Shown: positions 46,160 to 54,865 of the stretch, in pieces
How the letters are laid out: the number at the start of each line of letters is the position of its first letter
How positions within the stretch are numbered: position 1 is the stretch's first letter
Source: a virus
Virus record (IMG/VR): IMGVR_UViG_3300021093_000062
Span: 4,575-68,574 of that record
DNA length: 64,000 bases
Strand: one strand, 5' to 3'
Translations under genes and position numbers: made by a program
The notes under the pieces: model-generated
The model's input: only the letters and a program-made list of their open reading frames with translations
Told to the model about the DNA's origin: nothing
Database searches by the model: none

Positions 46160-46960
46160 ATGGCAACATTAGCAGACATTGAAAATATTGCAAGAACTTA
46201 TCTCAGGGATTTCCCTAAGTTCTTTCAAACATCCTTTGATGTTGTCGGAAGAACTTATGATTTAAGCCATATCAACGTCGATTCAGAATCCTTATGGGTT
46301 GCCGTCTACACCACTGGATCTGGGTCTGCGTCTGCCTTAAGTGCCTCTCAGTACTCTCTTGATGAGCGCAACGGAATACTGCGTTTAGCTAACACGTATG
46401 CGTCAGGGACAAAAGTGCTGGTAGAAGGCTATTACTACGAGTGGGTTACGCCCACTGATCTTTCTTTCTATACCAAAAGAGCTTTAGAAAAGCATCTACA
46501 TACTATCCACCTCTCTGTTGACCAGTTAGCTGATGTTGTGATTAACACTATCGGTATATCTGCAATTTGTGAGTGTCTGTGGGCGCTGATGACAGAGTAT
46601 AGCCGAGACATTGACGTCATTACTTCTGAGTCAGTTCATATACCAGCAAGCCAGAGATTTAGAATGGTACAAGGACTACTATCTCAGTGGGAAAGGGAAT
46701 ACGCACGACACGCAGCAAATCTAAACATTGGTTTTGACCGTCTTGAAGTTATGAATTTGCGAAGAGTGTCTAGAACAACCAACAGGCTTGTCCCCCTGTA
46801 CAAGCAGAAAGAGCTTGGCGACTTCTCCCCTATGGAGCGGCTATGGCCAGAAATTGACGATGGAACTGTTACCCCTGAAACTAAGGGTGATCGACTTCGT
46901 GAAGATGTTTATATTGACACAACCCCGCCGTCAGGCGCTACTACTAACGCTTTCCACTAA
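46160..46960 (+). CDS. Head-tail adaptor / neck protein
   Basis: Position in the module; probable leaderless start after TAAACT. Confidence 0.6.
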   Translation: MATLADIENIARTYLRDFPKFFQTSFDVVGRTYDLSHINVDSESLWVAVYTTGSGSASALSASQYSLDERNGILRLANTYASGTKVLVEGYYYEWVTPTDLSFYTKRALEKHLHTIHLSVDQLADVVINTIGISAICECLWALMTEYSRDIDVITSESVHIPASQRFRMVQGLLSQWEREYARHAANLNIGFDRLEVMNLRRVSRTTNRLVPLYKQKELGDFSPMERLWPEIDDGTVTPETKGDRLREDVYIDTTPPSGATTNAFH

Positions 46961-47502
46961 TGAATCTTCATACCGAACTTTCGTTAATAAACAAACACTT
47001 TAACAAACGCCACAAAGAGGCTGGGGAAGAATTTGTTGTCTGGTACGAATTTGTTCCTCTCGGAACCTCTGCAGCACTAAACAGTGTTTATGATGACGTG
47101 TACGATGAAGCACCATCAGGTATAGGTGGGCGTAAATACAAGCCTGGTGTTATCTTGCCGGTGCTTCTAGTTTCAGAGGCTGAGGATCAACGTAGGTCTA
47201 TCCCTGAAGGCCGTTTAACTCTAGAGACTATTGACGCTTTTATACCAATAAAAGCTATGCGAGATGCTGGTGTATCACACGTATGGGAATATAGAGAACA
47301 TCTAAACGATGTGTTTTCCTACGATGGTAGATTCTATTCAGTCTTTGATTACCGGGTTAGAGGGCGTCTAAAAGAGGAAGTATTTGTCCTCTTACAAGGT
47401 CAAGAACTGTACGTTGACCAAGAGTTTGTCAACGACGATACATTCCCAACACTCAGCAGTAACAACCTTCCATGGCCTACATCCTTACCTCAAATAGGGT
47501 AA
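46960..47502 (+). CDS. Head closure / stopper protein
   Basis: Position; 'DDVYDE...GRKY' pattern. Confidence 0.55.
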   Translation: MNLHTELSLINKHFNKRHKEAGEEFVVWYEFVPLGTSAALNSVYDDVYDEAPSGIGGRKYKPGVILPVLLVSEAEDQRRSIPEGRLTLETIDAFIPIKAMRDAGVSHVWEYREHLNDVFSYDGRFYSVFDYRVRGRLKEEVFVLLQGQELYVDQEFVNDDTFPTLSSNNLPWPTSLPQIG

Positions 47503-47562
47503 AATTAAGATAGTTATGGCGAGCGCCATAGCATCCAACGCCTAGAACTGTAAGGAGACCCA

Positions 47563-47976
47563 ATGATTGGGAATTCTAAATCTGTGTCTTCTGATTTCAG
47601 TTCTGACGTTCAAGTATCTAAACCAAAGCCCAGAATGCCATGGGCTGTTCATAGTCTTATTTCTAAACTAGGTGAGTTCCACAATGCTGTGGATAGGGCC
47701 GTTGCCGAGTACCAGAAGGAAGTACGCCAAGATGCTGCTGCCGACTGGGGCGACGTAGCCAACACAATAATTGTTGAATTTGATAAAGAAAAAATGGTAG
47801 TTAATATTCACTCGCCACACCCCGATGCGACACTGTTGGAGTACGGTACCCCAGAACTACCACCAGCACCTGTTATACGTATGGCTTCCATCCGGGCTCA
47901 GGAAAAGTTAGTTCCATTAATTAAAGAAGAACTCTATAAATTAGGACTATCGAGAGGTAGTGGTCATGCCAAATAA
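47563..47976 (+). CDS. Neck protein (HK97 gp10-like)
   Basis: 'LEYGT...PP.PVIR' motif. Confidence 0.6.
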   Translation: MIGNSKSVSSDFSSDVQVSKPKPRMPWAVHSLISKLGEFHNAVDRAVAEYQKEVRQDAAADWGDVANTIIVEFDKEKMVVNIHSPHPDATLLEYGTPELPPAPVIRMASIRAQEKLVPLIKEELYKLGLSRGSGHAK

Positions 47977-48664
47977 GGGGTTCTTGCTTGCAGAAGATGC
48001 TGCGGTTAAAAACCGATTTAGCAACTTAACTGTTTCTGATGACAGAGACGCCAACCGAGCAGTTCAGGTGTTCTTTAGGTACCCAGAGGGAGAAACCGAA
48101 AAGGCATATCCGTTTATAACTGTTGAAATGGTGGGCATGTCCCACGACACCCGTAGACAGCTGTCTGAAACTACGCTGTATTACAGCAATAGCGTTTCGG
48201 CATCAAGTAAGTCTAATTACATTAATTATTACCCATCAGAACTGACCGCATCTGAAATGTCTTCTATGGTTAATAACTCTACTATTTTATCTGTACACTC
48301 GTTTATACCAGTTAACCTGGTATATCAAATAACTACTCACACCAGAAGTGCTCTACACGACAGACAACTTTCAAGTAAAATACTCCGCAGAGTAGTGCCC
48401 TTTAGGCAGGGCTTTATAGAAATACCTGAAGATGGTACTATTAGAAGGTTTGATTTACTGTCGTGGTCTACGTCTGACTTATTGGACAGAGAATCTGGTT
48501 ATAGAAAACGCATATTTAGAAAGATGTTTACAATACAAATGAACGCTGAGATAGCTGCAACAGACCTAACACCTGTCAAGAAGGTAGCATCTGTAGTTGG
48601 TAATATATATGATAACGATACGGCAATTCACACCCTAACACCCCAAATTTCAGAGGAGTTTTAA
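47966..48664 (+). CDS. Tail terminator / completion protein
   Basis: 'YPFITV', 'PVNLVYQI'; precedes the sheath gene. Confidence 0.6.
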   Translation: MPNKGFLLAEDAAVKNRFSNLTVSDDRDANRAVQVFFRYPEGETEKAYPFITVEMVGMSHDTRRQLSETTLYYSNSVSASSKSNYINYYPSELTASEMSSMVNNSTILSVHSFIPVNLVYQITTHTRSALHDRQLSSKILRRVVPFRQGFIEIPEDGTIRRFDLLSWSTSDLLDRESGYRKRIFRKMFTIQMNAEIAATDLTPVKKVASVVGNIYDNDTAIHTLTPQISEEF

Positions 48665-50185
48665 ATGCCTGAATATAAGAATCCAGGAGTATACGTATCC
48701 GAATCGGCATTCTTGCCGAAGGTGCGTAGAGGAGTAACCTCAAGATCAGCGGCTGCCTTCTTTGGTGAAGCACCTCGAGGACCCTCAGCCGCAACCCTAG
48801 TGCAGTCATGGTCTGAGTACAAGACACTATATGGTGATCTTTCACAGACCTCTGATCTTGGATTTGCTGTTTACCATTACTTTGCAAACGGTGGTAGAGA
48901 CGCATGGATCACCAGAGTTATTGGTAGCACTGCTGTAACCGCAACAGCCACAGTTGCCTACTATCCCAATGGTTCTGGTCAAGCATCAGCCTCGTTGTTT
49001 ACTGCTTCTGCAAAGAGCAAGGGTTCTTGGGGTAACAACCTTACCCTTGAATTCTCAAACGGAAATACCGCAGCCTCGTCAACGGTTATGCCTACATTTA
49101 ACTTGGTAGTTAAGTTGAGTGGTATAGAAGTAGAGAGATGGAATGATCTGTCTCCAGACATCGCTAGTAGTCGGTACTTTGTTACTATCCTTAATAACTA
49201 CTCAAGCTACATCACAAACGTTGCCGCTGGTTCAGGAATTGTAGCCAACGCTTACTGGATATATAACTCAGTAGCAACCACGTTTGCAAGTGGTTCAAAC
49301 GGAAGCGCAGTGCAGGATACCGACTACGTGACGGCCCTTGGCCAGCTTGATTCAGTAGAGGGTGTGTTACTACTTAACGCCGTTAATAAAACTTCAGCAA
49401 CTGTTATTAACCAGTTCCTTGCAAAGGCAGAATCCCGAGGAAACTCCTTTGTGATTATCGACCCAGACATGACCGCTGTTGATGTGTCTACCATTGGTGG
49501 TTCAGTAGTAGGAAGCTACACTAGTTCAAACTACGGAGCTGTGTACTACCCACATCTAACCATGGTTGACCCCTCTAAGACTGGACCGGGAGCAGTTAGG
49601 GCAACTGCACCAGGTGGTGCAATCGCTGGAGTGTATGTTCGCACCGAGATTGAGCGCAACGTAGCTAAGAGCCCAGCTGGGTACAACGTTACTGTTCGTA
49701 ACTCACTGGGCCTTGGTACTTCATTTACCGAAGCTCAAACAGGTACGCTTTACTCAACCTACAACGTTAACGTATTGAAGACTGTTCCTGGTGGTGGAAT
49801 CATTATCAATGGAGCTCGCACTCTAGACAAGGCAGCTCCTGGTAAGTTCATCTCTGCACGTAGAACTTTAAACTACTTGAAACAAGTTCTTAAAGAAGGT
49901 ACTGAGTCTGCTGTGTTTGAGCCAAACGACTCTCGACTTTGGGACCAGATTACTGGGTCTGTCTCTGCACTACTTGGGGAGTTCTGGCGCCAAGGTGGTC
50001 TTAAGGGCAAGAATGCTTCAGAGGCTTACTACGTAATTTGTGATGCGTCAAACAACACGTCTGTAACCGTTGATAATGGTGAAGTACATATCGAGGTTGG
50101 TGTTGCCCTGCAATATCCAGCCGAATTTGTGGTAATAAACCTGTCCCAATGGACCGGTGGTTCAAACGCAACAGAGACACTCTGA
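48665..50185 (+). CDS. Tail sheath protein
   Basis: 'PGVYVSE', 'YFANGG', 'KSPAG', 'GARTL', 'VFEPND..LW', 'PAEFV'. Confidence 0.93.
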   Translation: MPEYKNPGVYVSESAFLPKVRRGVTSRSAAAFFGEAPRGPSAATLVQSWSEYKTLYGDLSQTSDLGFAVYHYFANGGRDAWITRVIGSTAVTATATVAYYPNGSGQASASLFTASAKSKGSWGNNLTLEFSNGNTAASSTVMPTFNLVVKLSGIEVERWNDLSPDIASSRYFVTILNNYSSYITNVAAGSGIVANAYWIYNSVATTFASGSNGSAVQDTDYVTALGQLDSVEGVLLLNAVNKTSATVINQFLAKAESRGNSFVIIDPDMTAVDVSTIGGSVVGSYTSSNYGAVYYPHLTMVDPSKTGPGAVRATAPGGAIAGVYVRTEIERNVAKSPAGYNVTVRNSLGLGTSFTEAQTGTLYSTYNVNVLKTVPGGGIIINGARTLDKAAPGKFISARRTLNYLKQVLKEGTESAVFEPNDSRLWDQITGSVSALLGEFWRQGGLKGKNASEAYYVICDASNNTSVTVDNGEVHIEVGVALQYPAEFVVINLSQWTGGSNATETL

Positions 50186-50202
50186 TAAGGAGAGATGATT
50201 AA

Positions 50203-50820
50203 ATGGCACGTTCAGCGAGCACAGATCCGGTAAGGAACTTTAAGTTCCAAGTACAAATTCAACCAACTAGTAACACACGACTCGCTACTGTCCTTAACGG
50301 CATTGGAGATCTTGGGTTTGCTGCTATGACTGGTGTTTCAGTCCAGCACCAAATGGTTGGTTACCGTGAGGGTGGCATGAACACCCACACACATAAGCTA
50401 GTCGGCCAATCCGACTTTGGACCAGTAACATTCAGTCGTGGTGTAATTGCTGAGCAAAGCCACCTCTGGAAGTGGTCTGAGTTTATTCACTCTTGGAACC
50501 AGGCCGCTGGTAACTCGGGTTCAAACTCAACAGTTGCCAACGGAAATGACTATCGGTGCCACATTTTGGTGCGGGTTTTTGACCACCCACACTCAGTAGG
50601 AACCTACCAGGAATCTGGGGTTGTTAGTTCAGCAGCAACCAACCTTGGTAAGCCTCGTCTTGGAATTAAACTGTTCAACTGCTGGCCAGGAGCCTACACA
50701 CTGAGTGACCTCTCAGCTGGTGACTCTGGGATTGTTGTACAACAATTGACTGTTCACCACGAGGGGTTTAAACTTGCATGGACAGAGACTGATATTACTG
50801 CTCTAGCAAGCGTTAACTGA
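50203..50820 (+). CDS. Tail tube protein (T4 gp19-like)
   Basis: 'DPVRNFKF', 'YREGG.N...HKL.GQ', 'RG', 'NCWP', 'L..HEG'. Confidence 0.9.
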   Translation: MARSASTDPVRNFKFQVQIQPTSNTRLATVLNGIGDLGFAAMTGVSVQHQMVGYREGGMNTHTHKLVGQSDFGPVTFSRGVIAEQSHLWKWSEFIHSWNQAAGNSGSNSTVANGNDYRCHILVRVFDHPHSVGTYQESGVVSSAATNLGKPRLGIKLFNCWPGAYTLSDLSAGDSGIVVQQLTVHHEGFKLAWTETDITALASVN

Positions 50821-50843
50821 TTTAACTAAATAAGGAGAACAAA

Positions 50844-51638
50844 TTGGAAAAATCAATAGAAGTTGAGTCGTTAGACCACGCATTTAAAGACCCCGCTCCA
50901 TCAATAGCTACACCAGAGACAGTTATTGTTGAACTTCATAGGGGCTTGATAAATCCAAATACCGGTCAATGGCAAACAACGGCAGAGGTGCGAGAGCTAA
51001 CTGGCAAGGATGAGGAGTTTTTAGCTTCTCTTGAAAGCAACAAAACTATAACGTACGCAATGTACGTCAACCAGTTGGTCAGCAGAGCTACTGTGAGAAT
51101 TGGAGACACCCTGATCCAAGGCCACAAGGCGTTGATTGAAGAATTAATTACCGGTGACAGAGACACCCTTTTGTTGGGTATTATCAAAGCTACTTATGGT
51201 CCTGAGCGCACGTTTAACTACCCGTGTAACGCTTGTAAAACACCAAACTTGATAACTATTGAACTTGACAAAGACTTCCCAATTCAAGAATATGAGGGAA
51301 ATTTGAGAGAGCCATTTGAGGTAACATTCAAAAATGGCAACAAGGTAAAGTTTAAGTACCCAGTTGGTTCCGACAACATTGCTATGGGCAAAGCTGAAAC
51401 AACAGCTCAACAGAGTACAATTTTAATTTCTCGTTGTGTTGTTTGGCCGGATCACAGAGATTCTCTGTACAACGAAGAGTGGGCTAAGAACCTATCTATG
51501 AACGATAGAAACCTAGTACTAAGAGCCCTACTTTCACCAAAAGTAGGGCCCAAGCTTGGGGAGGTGAATACCCAGTGCGTACATTGTGGCGCTGATATAA
51601 ACATCAATATCGACTGGGTATCCCTTTTACTCGCCTAA
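50844..51638 (+). CDS. Tail assembly chaperone / T4 gp26-like protein
   Basis: 'VRELTGKDEE', 'GDRD.LL', two CxxC; between tube and tape measure genes. Confidence 0.75.
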   Translation: MEKSIEVESLDHAFKDPAPSIATPETVIVELHRGLINPNTGQWQTTAEVRELTGKDEEFLASLESNKTITYAMYVNQLVSRATVRIGDTLIQGHKALIEELITGDRDTLLLGIIKATYGPERTFNYPCNACKTPNLITIELDKDFPIQEYEGNLREPFEVTFKNGNKVKFKYPVGSDNIAMGKAETTAQQSTILISRCVVWPDHRDSLYNEEWAKNLSMNDRNLVLRALLSPKVGPKLGEVNTQCVHCGADININIDWVSLLLA

Positions 51639-51786
51639 TCTAAAAAGTATATACTGGGAATACGAAGGCGTAGCCTCTGTCTACAAAGGGTTTAGTTTAA
51701 ACGACATACGGGACATGAGTGTCCGGCAAAGAGATTTTTGGTTTCGTATGGCTAAGTGGCGACTAACGGATGGAGGTGGTGGTTAA
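51625..51786 (+). CDS. Frameshift extension of the tail chaperone (+1 frame, no start codon of its own)
   Basis: YSPNLKSIYWEYEGVASVYKGFSLNDIRDMSVRQRDFW...; entered at TCC CTT TTA; its stop overlaps the tape-measure ATG. Confidence 0.65.
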   Translation, partial: FYSPNLKSIYWEYEGVASVYKGFSLNDIRDMSVRQRDFWFRMAKWRLTDGGGG

Positions 51787-54700
51787 TGGCAAATGATGAT
51801 GAAATCCAGAAAATGGTTTCAAAAGAAACTCAGTCTATGGCTAAGGCTGAAGTTGGTATTAACGCTGACACCACCGACTTACGTAACATTACGGAAGCCC
51901 TTAAAAAAGCGTCTGAGGAAGGTAAACGCCTAGCGACAAGCCTGGGTCAGGCTGTGAAGGCCATGCGCCAACTAAAGGAGATGGGTCTCGTACAAGTGTA
52001 CGACCAATCCGCGCATTGGAGTGGGGGTCAAGGTGGAGGTGGGGGCGGTGCTGGTGGTGGACAGCTAAGCGTCGGCAGCACTCCAGTAGCAGGTTCCAAA
52101 CCAAGTCACCCAGCACCTGTAACACCAGCACCAAACGCCGTTGCAGCTGCGGGAGGTGCCCCAGCTGGTATTGCTGGACTACAGGGGGTAGCAGGTTCAT
52201 TTTTTAGAGGAGCTAACCCTGGAACATTCCCAGGCGTTCCGGGGGTACTCGGTTCCGGTGGAACTGGGGTAATTGGTGGAGCTGCTCAGGTGGGAGCGGG
52301 TGGTCTTGGTGCAGGAAACATAGCAACAATAATTGGAAGTCTTGGTTCACAAATTGTTAGTGCAATTGACAAGCGTGTTGACGCTGGTAGAGGGTACTCA
52401 CTAGCCGCAGATAAAAGCACACTAGTGATGCAGCAGCTCACAGGCATGAGCCAAAGCGGAGTAATGAACAACCTAAGAATGCCACTAACCCAGTATAAAC
52501 TTGGAGTTAACGGTATTAACGAAATGCTGGACCTACAGGCCAGGACTGGTATAAATGCTGCAGGTCAGGCCCGAAGCGTTGAAATGATGAGAACTCTTAG
52601 CGGGTTTACCATGGATGCTGCTGGAGCTACTGGGATTATTGAGAGTATGGCTGACCCAGAAACAGTCAACAAAATGTTCATGATGACTGGTATGAGTTTA
52701 ATTGGGCCTGGTGGTAAACAACGGTCCGCTCAATCTTTGATTGAAAGCATGGCTAAGCGAGCTGGACTAATGGACCCCAAGCTCGCCGCATCGGCTATGG
52801 CTCCAGGTTCTGTATCGCGTGCAACACTATCTCAAATGGGTGTTACTGGCGACATGCAGGAACAGGTTCTTAGATTTGCACAATCAAACGCAGCATTTCG
52901 TAAGCGCGGTGGAAAAGGCACATACGATCCAACAAAAGAAGAAGATCGTAAGCTTATGGGTATCGATGATACCTTTGCTATGGAAGCTGAGGAAACTCAA
53001 CGTCGTCGTGGGAAGCGCGAAGAGCAGTTTTATAGAGACCAGGCGGATGCTTACGCAAAATTAGAACGTCAGACACAACGCCTTACCGACGTGATGGCTA
53101 AGTTTGAGCATGCAATGGAAGGAATAATTGGCGCAAGAACCAGTGGAAGAGTTGGTCAAAAGCTTCTTGGTGGTATGGCAGGAGCTGCTGGAATCGGAAT
53201 GTTGGGGTTAGGTGTCGCTACCGGTGGAATTGGGTGGTTGGCTGGTGGAGCTATTCTCGGTGGTTTAGGCAAAGTACTAGGCGACCCAAATACCAGCGAT
53301 GATTTTTCGTCCTCAATATGGACCCCACGTAGTTCTAGTACACCGGTTACTGGGAGTAGTATGTCTACTGTACCAGCTGGTACACCTGCTGGTCCACCTC
53401 CTGCTGCTCCCCCAGCCATACCAGAATCACCTCCAGTAGCGGTTTGGACTCCTGGCCAATTTGACGAATTTAGAACTGGACTTGCAGCTACCTACACTGA
53501 CACTTTTCTTGAAACTCAATACAGTCGTAAACAAGAGCACACGATTCAAGACACTGGTGAATTTAAAGAACTGAACAGGGCGCTAAGGAAAGCCGTAAAC
53601 AGCATGGCAGACAGAGCAATGGCAGAAGCCGGACTAGATATTAACCTAGTCAGTGGTAGGCGGTCTACTGATGAGCAAGCAAAACTTTTCTTAGAGAGGT
53701 ATCAAGTAGCACCTGCAGGTGTAACACAGTACAAAGACTCTTACGACGGCAAATATTATAAAGTTAAACAATTCTACGGCGCTAACTGGATGAAGAAGCC
53801 ATTCAACAGTGCCCCCCCAGTTGCGGTACCAGGTACTTCGCTGCACGAAATTGGTATGGCGGCAGACATTGACATGTCTGATCCGCGTGTCGCAGCATGG
53901 GTACGTAATAACAAATGGAGGTTCAATCTGGTTTCAGGTGAAGGGGAAGAGCACCACCTACAGCTTGCTTGGACAAAAGACATGTCACTAAGCCAGTTCT
54001 TGGGCACCACCGGTTTAAGTATGGAGCAAGCAAACACTAATGCCCATGTAGCCATTGGTGGACGCGCTCGTTATACAAATTCGTTTAGACCTGGTTTTGG
54101 TGTTGACATTAATAAGTTTTCAGAGGCACTTCTTAGAAGGTGGGGTTACACCATAACTCCTGAAAAAATCATGTTACTTAGATCATGGTCCGACAAAGAA
54201 GGTACTGGTGGATCATACAACCCAATGAACGTAGTCTCCGGCAATAACCGTTATGATCCTACTACTGGGTACGAACGAGTCGAAACAAACTATAACATCA
54301 ATGGTCGCCACCCTGTTCAAAACTTTGATAATTTTGAACAGGGTGTTGAATACACAGCGCTTCATCTAGGGACAAATAACTCCGCATTAATGAGCGTTTT
54401 GTCAAAAACCAACCCAACGGTTGACGAAATAAGAGCAGTCCTATCCTCAGTTGGTAGGCAAACAATGCTAGGAATATTCAATAATTACGTTAAAAGATCA
54501 CAAGATTCTGGATACACTATACACAATGCGGCTAAAATGACCGGAACATCCGGAGTTCAAAAGTTTCTATCTGGCATGGACCTTGGTACAAGAAATATAT
54601 TTACTTTTGCCGGTGATCCTCAGATGCCAGGTAGTGGCTCAACTTCTCCAGTATCACTTCCAAGTCTTATGCCAGTGTCTCAATCGTCTGGTACTTCTTC

Positions 54701-54863
54701 GGTTGTCCATCAAGGCAGCACAGTTACTATATCACCAGTAATAAACTTGCAAACAACTGGTAATGCAGGGAACATAAGTGAGTATGATTTAAGATTAATG
54801 GCAAAGAGGATTGCAAAGTTAATAGAACAAGAAACAAATCTTGACAAGATCAGGAGAGCGTAA
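51786..54863 (+). CDS. Tape measure protein with M15 peptidase and lysozyme-like C-terminal domains
   Basis: Gly/Ala-rich helical body; 'SGRRS..EQ..LF...PGTSLHEIGMAAD...EEHHLQL'; 'EGTGGSYNPMN'. Confidence 0.85.
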   Translation: MANDDEIQKMVSKETQSMAKAEVGINADTTDLRNITEALKKASEEGKRLATSLGQAVKAMRQLKEMGLVQVYDQSAHWSGGQGGGGGGAGGGQLSVGSTPVAGSKPSHPAPVTPAPNAVAAAGGAPAGIAGLQGVAGSFFRGANPGTFPGVPGVLGSGGTGVIGGAAQVGAGGLGAGNIATIIGSLGSQIVSAIDKRVDAGRGYSLAADKSTLVMQQLTGMSQSGVMNNLRMPLTQYKLGVNGINEMLDLQARTGINAAGQARSVEMMRTLSGFTMDAAGATGIIESMADPETVNKMFMMTGMSLIGPGGKQRSAQSLIESMAKRAGLMDPKLAASAMAPGSVSRATLSQMGVTGDMQEQVLRFAQSNAAFRKRGGKGTYDPTKEEDRKLMGIDDTFAMEAEETQRRRGKREEQFYRDQADAYAKLERQTQRLTDVMAKFEHAMEGIIGARTSGRVGQKLLGGMAGAAGIGMLGLGVATGGIGWLAGGAILGGLGKVLGDPNTSDDFSSSIWTPRSSSTPVTGSSMSTVPAGTPAGPPPAAPPAIPESPPVAVWTPGQFDEFRTGLAATYTDTFLETQYSRKQEHTIQDTGEFKELNRALRKAVNSMADRAMAEAGLDINLVSGRRSTDEQAKLFLERYQVAPAGVTQYKDSYDGKYYKVKQFYGANWMKKPFNSAPPVAVPGTSLHEIGMAADIDMSDPRVAAWVRNNKWRFNLVSGEGEEHHLQLAWTKDMSLSQFLGTTGLSMEQANTNAHVAIGGRARYTNSFRPGFGVDINKFSEALLRRWGYTITPEKIMLLRSWSDKEGTGGSYNPMNVVSGNNRYDPTTGYERVETNYNINGRHPVQNFDNFEQGVEYTALHLGTNNSALMSVLSKTNPTVDEIRAVLSSVGRQTMLGIFNNYVKRSQDSGYTIHNAAKMTGTSGVQKFLSGMDLGTRNIFTFAGDPQMPGSGSTSPVSLPSLMPVSQSSGTSSVVHQGSTVTISPVINLQTTGNAGNISEYDLRLMAKRIAKLIEQETNLDKIRRA

Positions 54864-54865
54864 GT

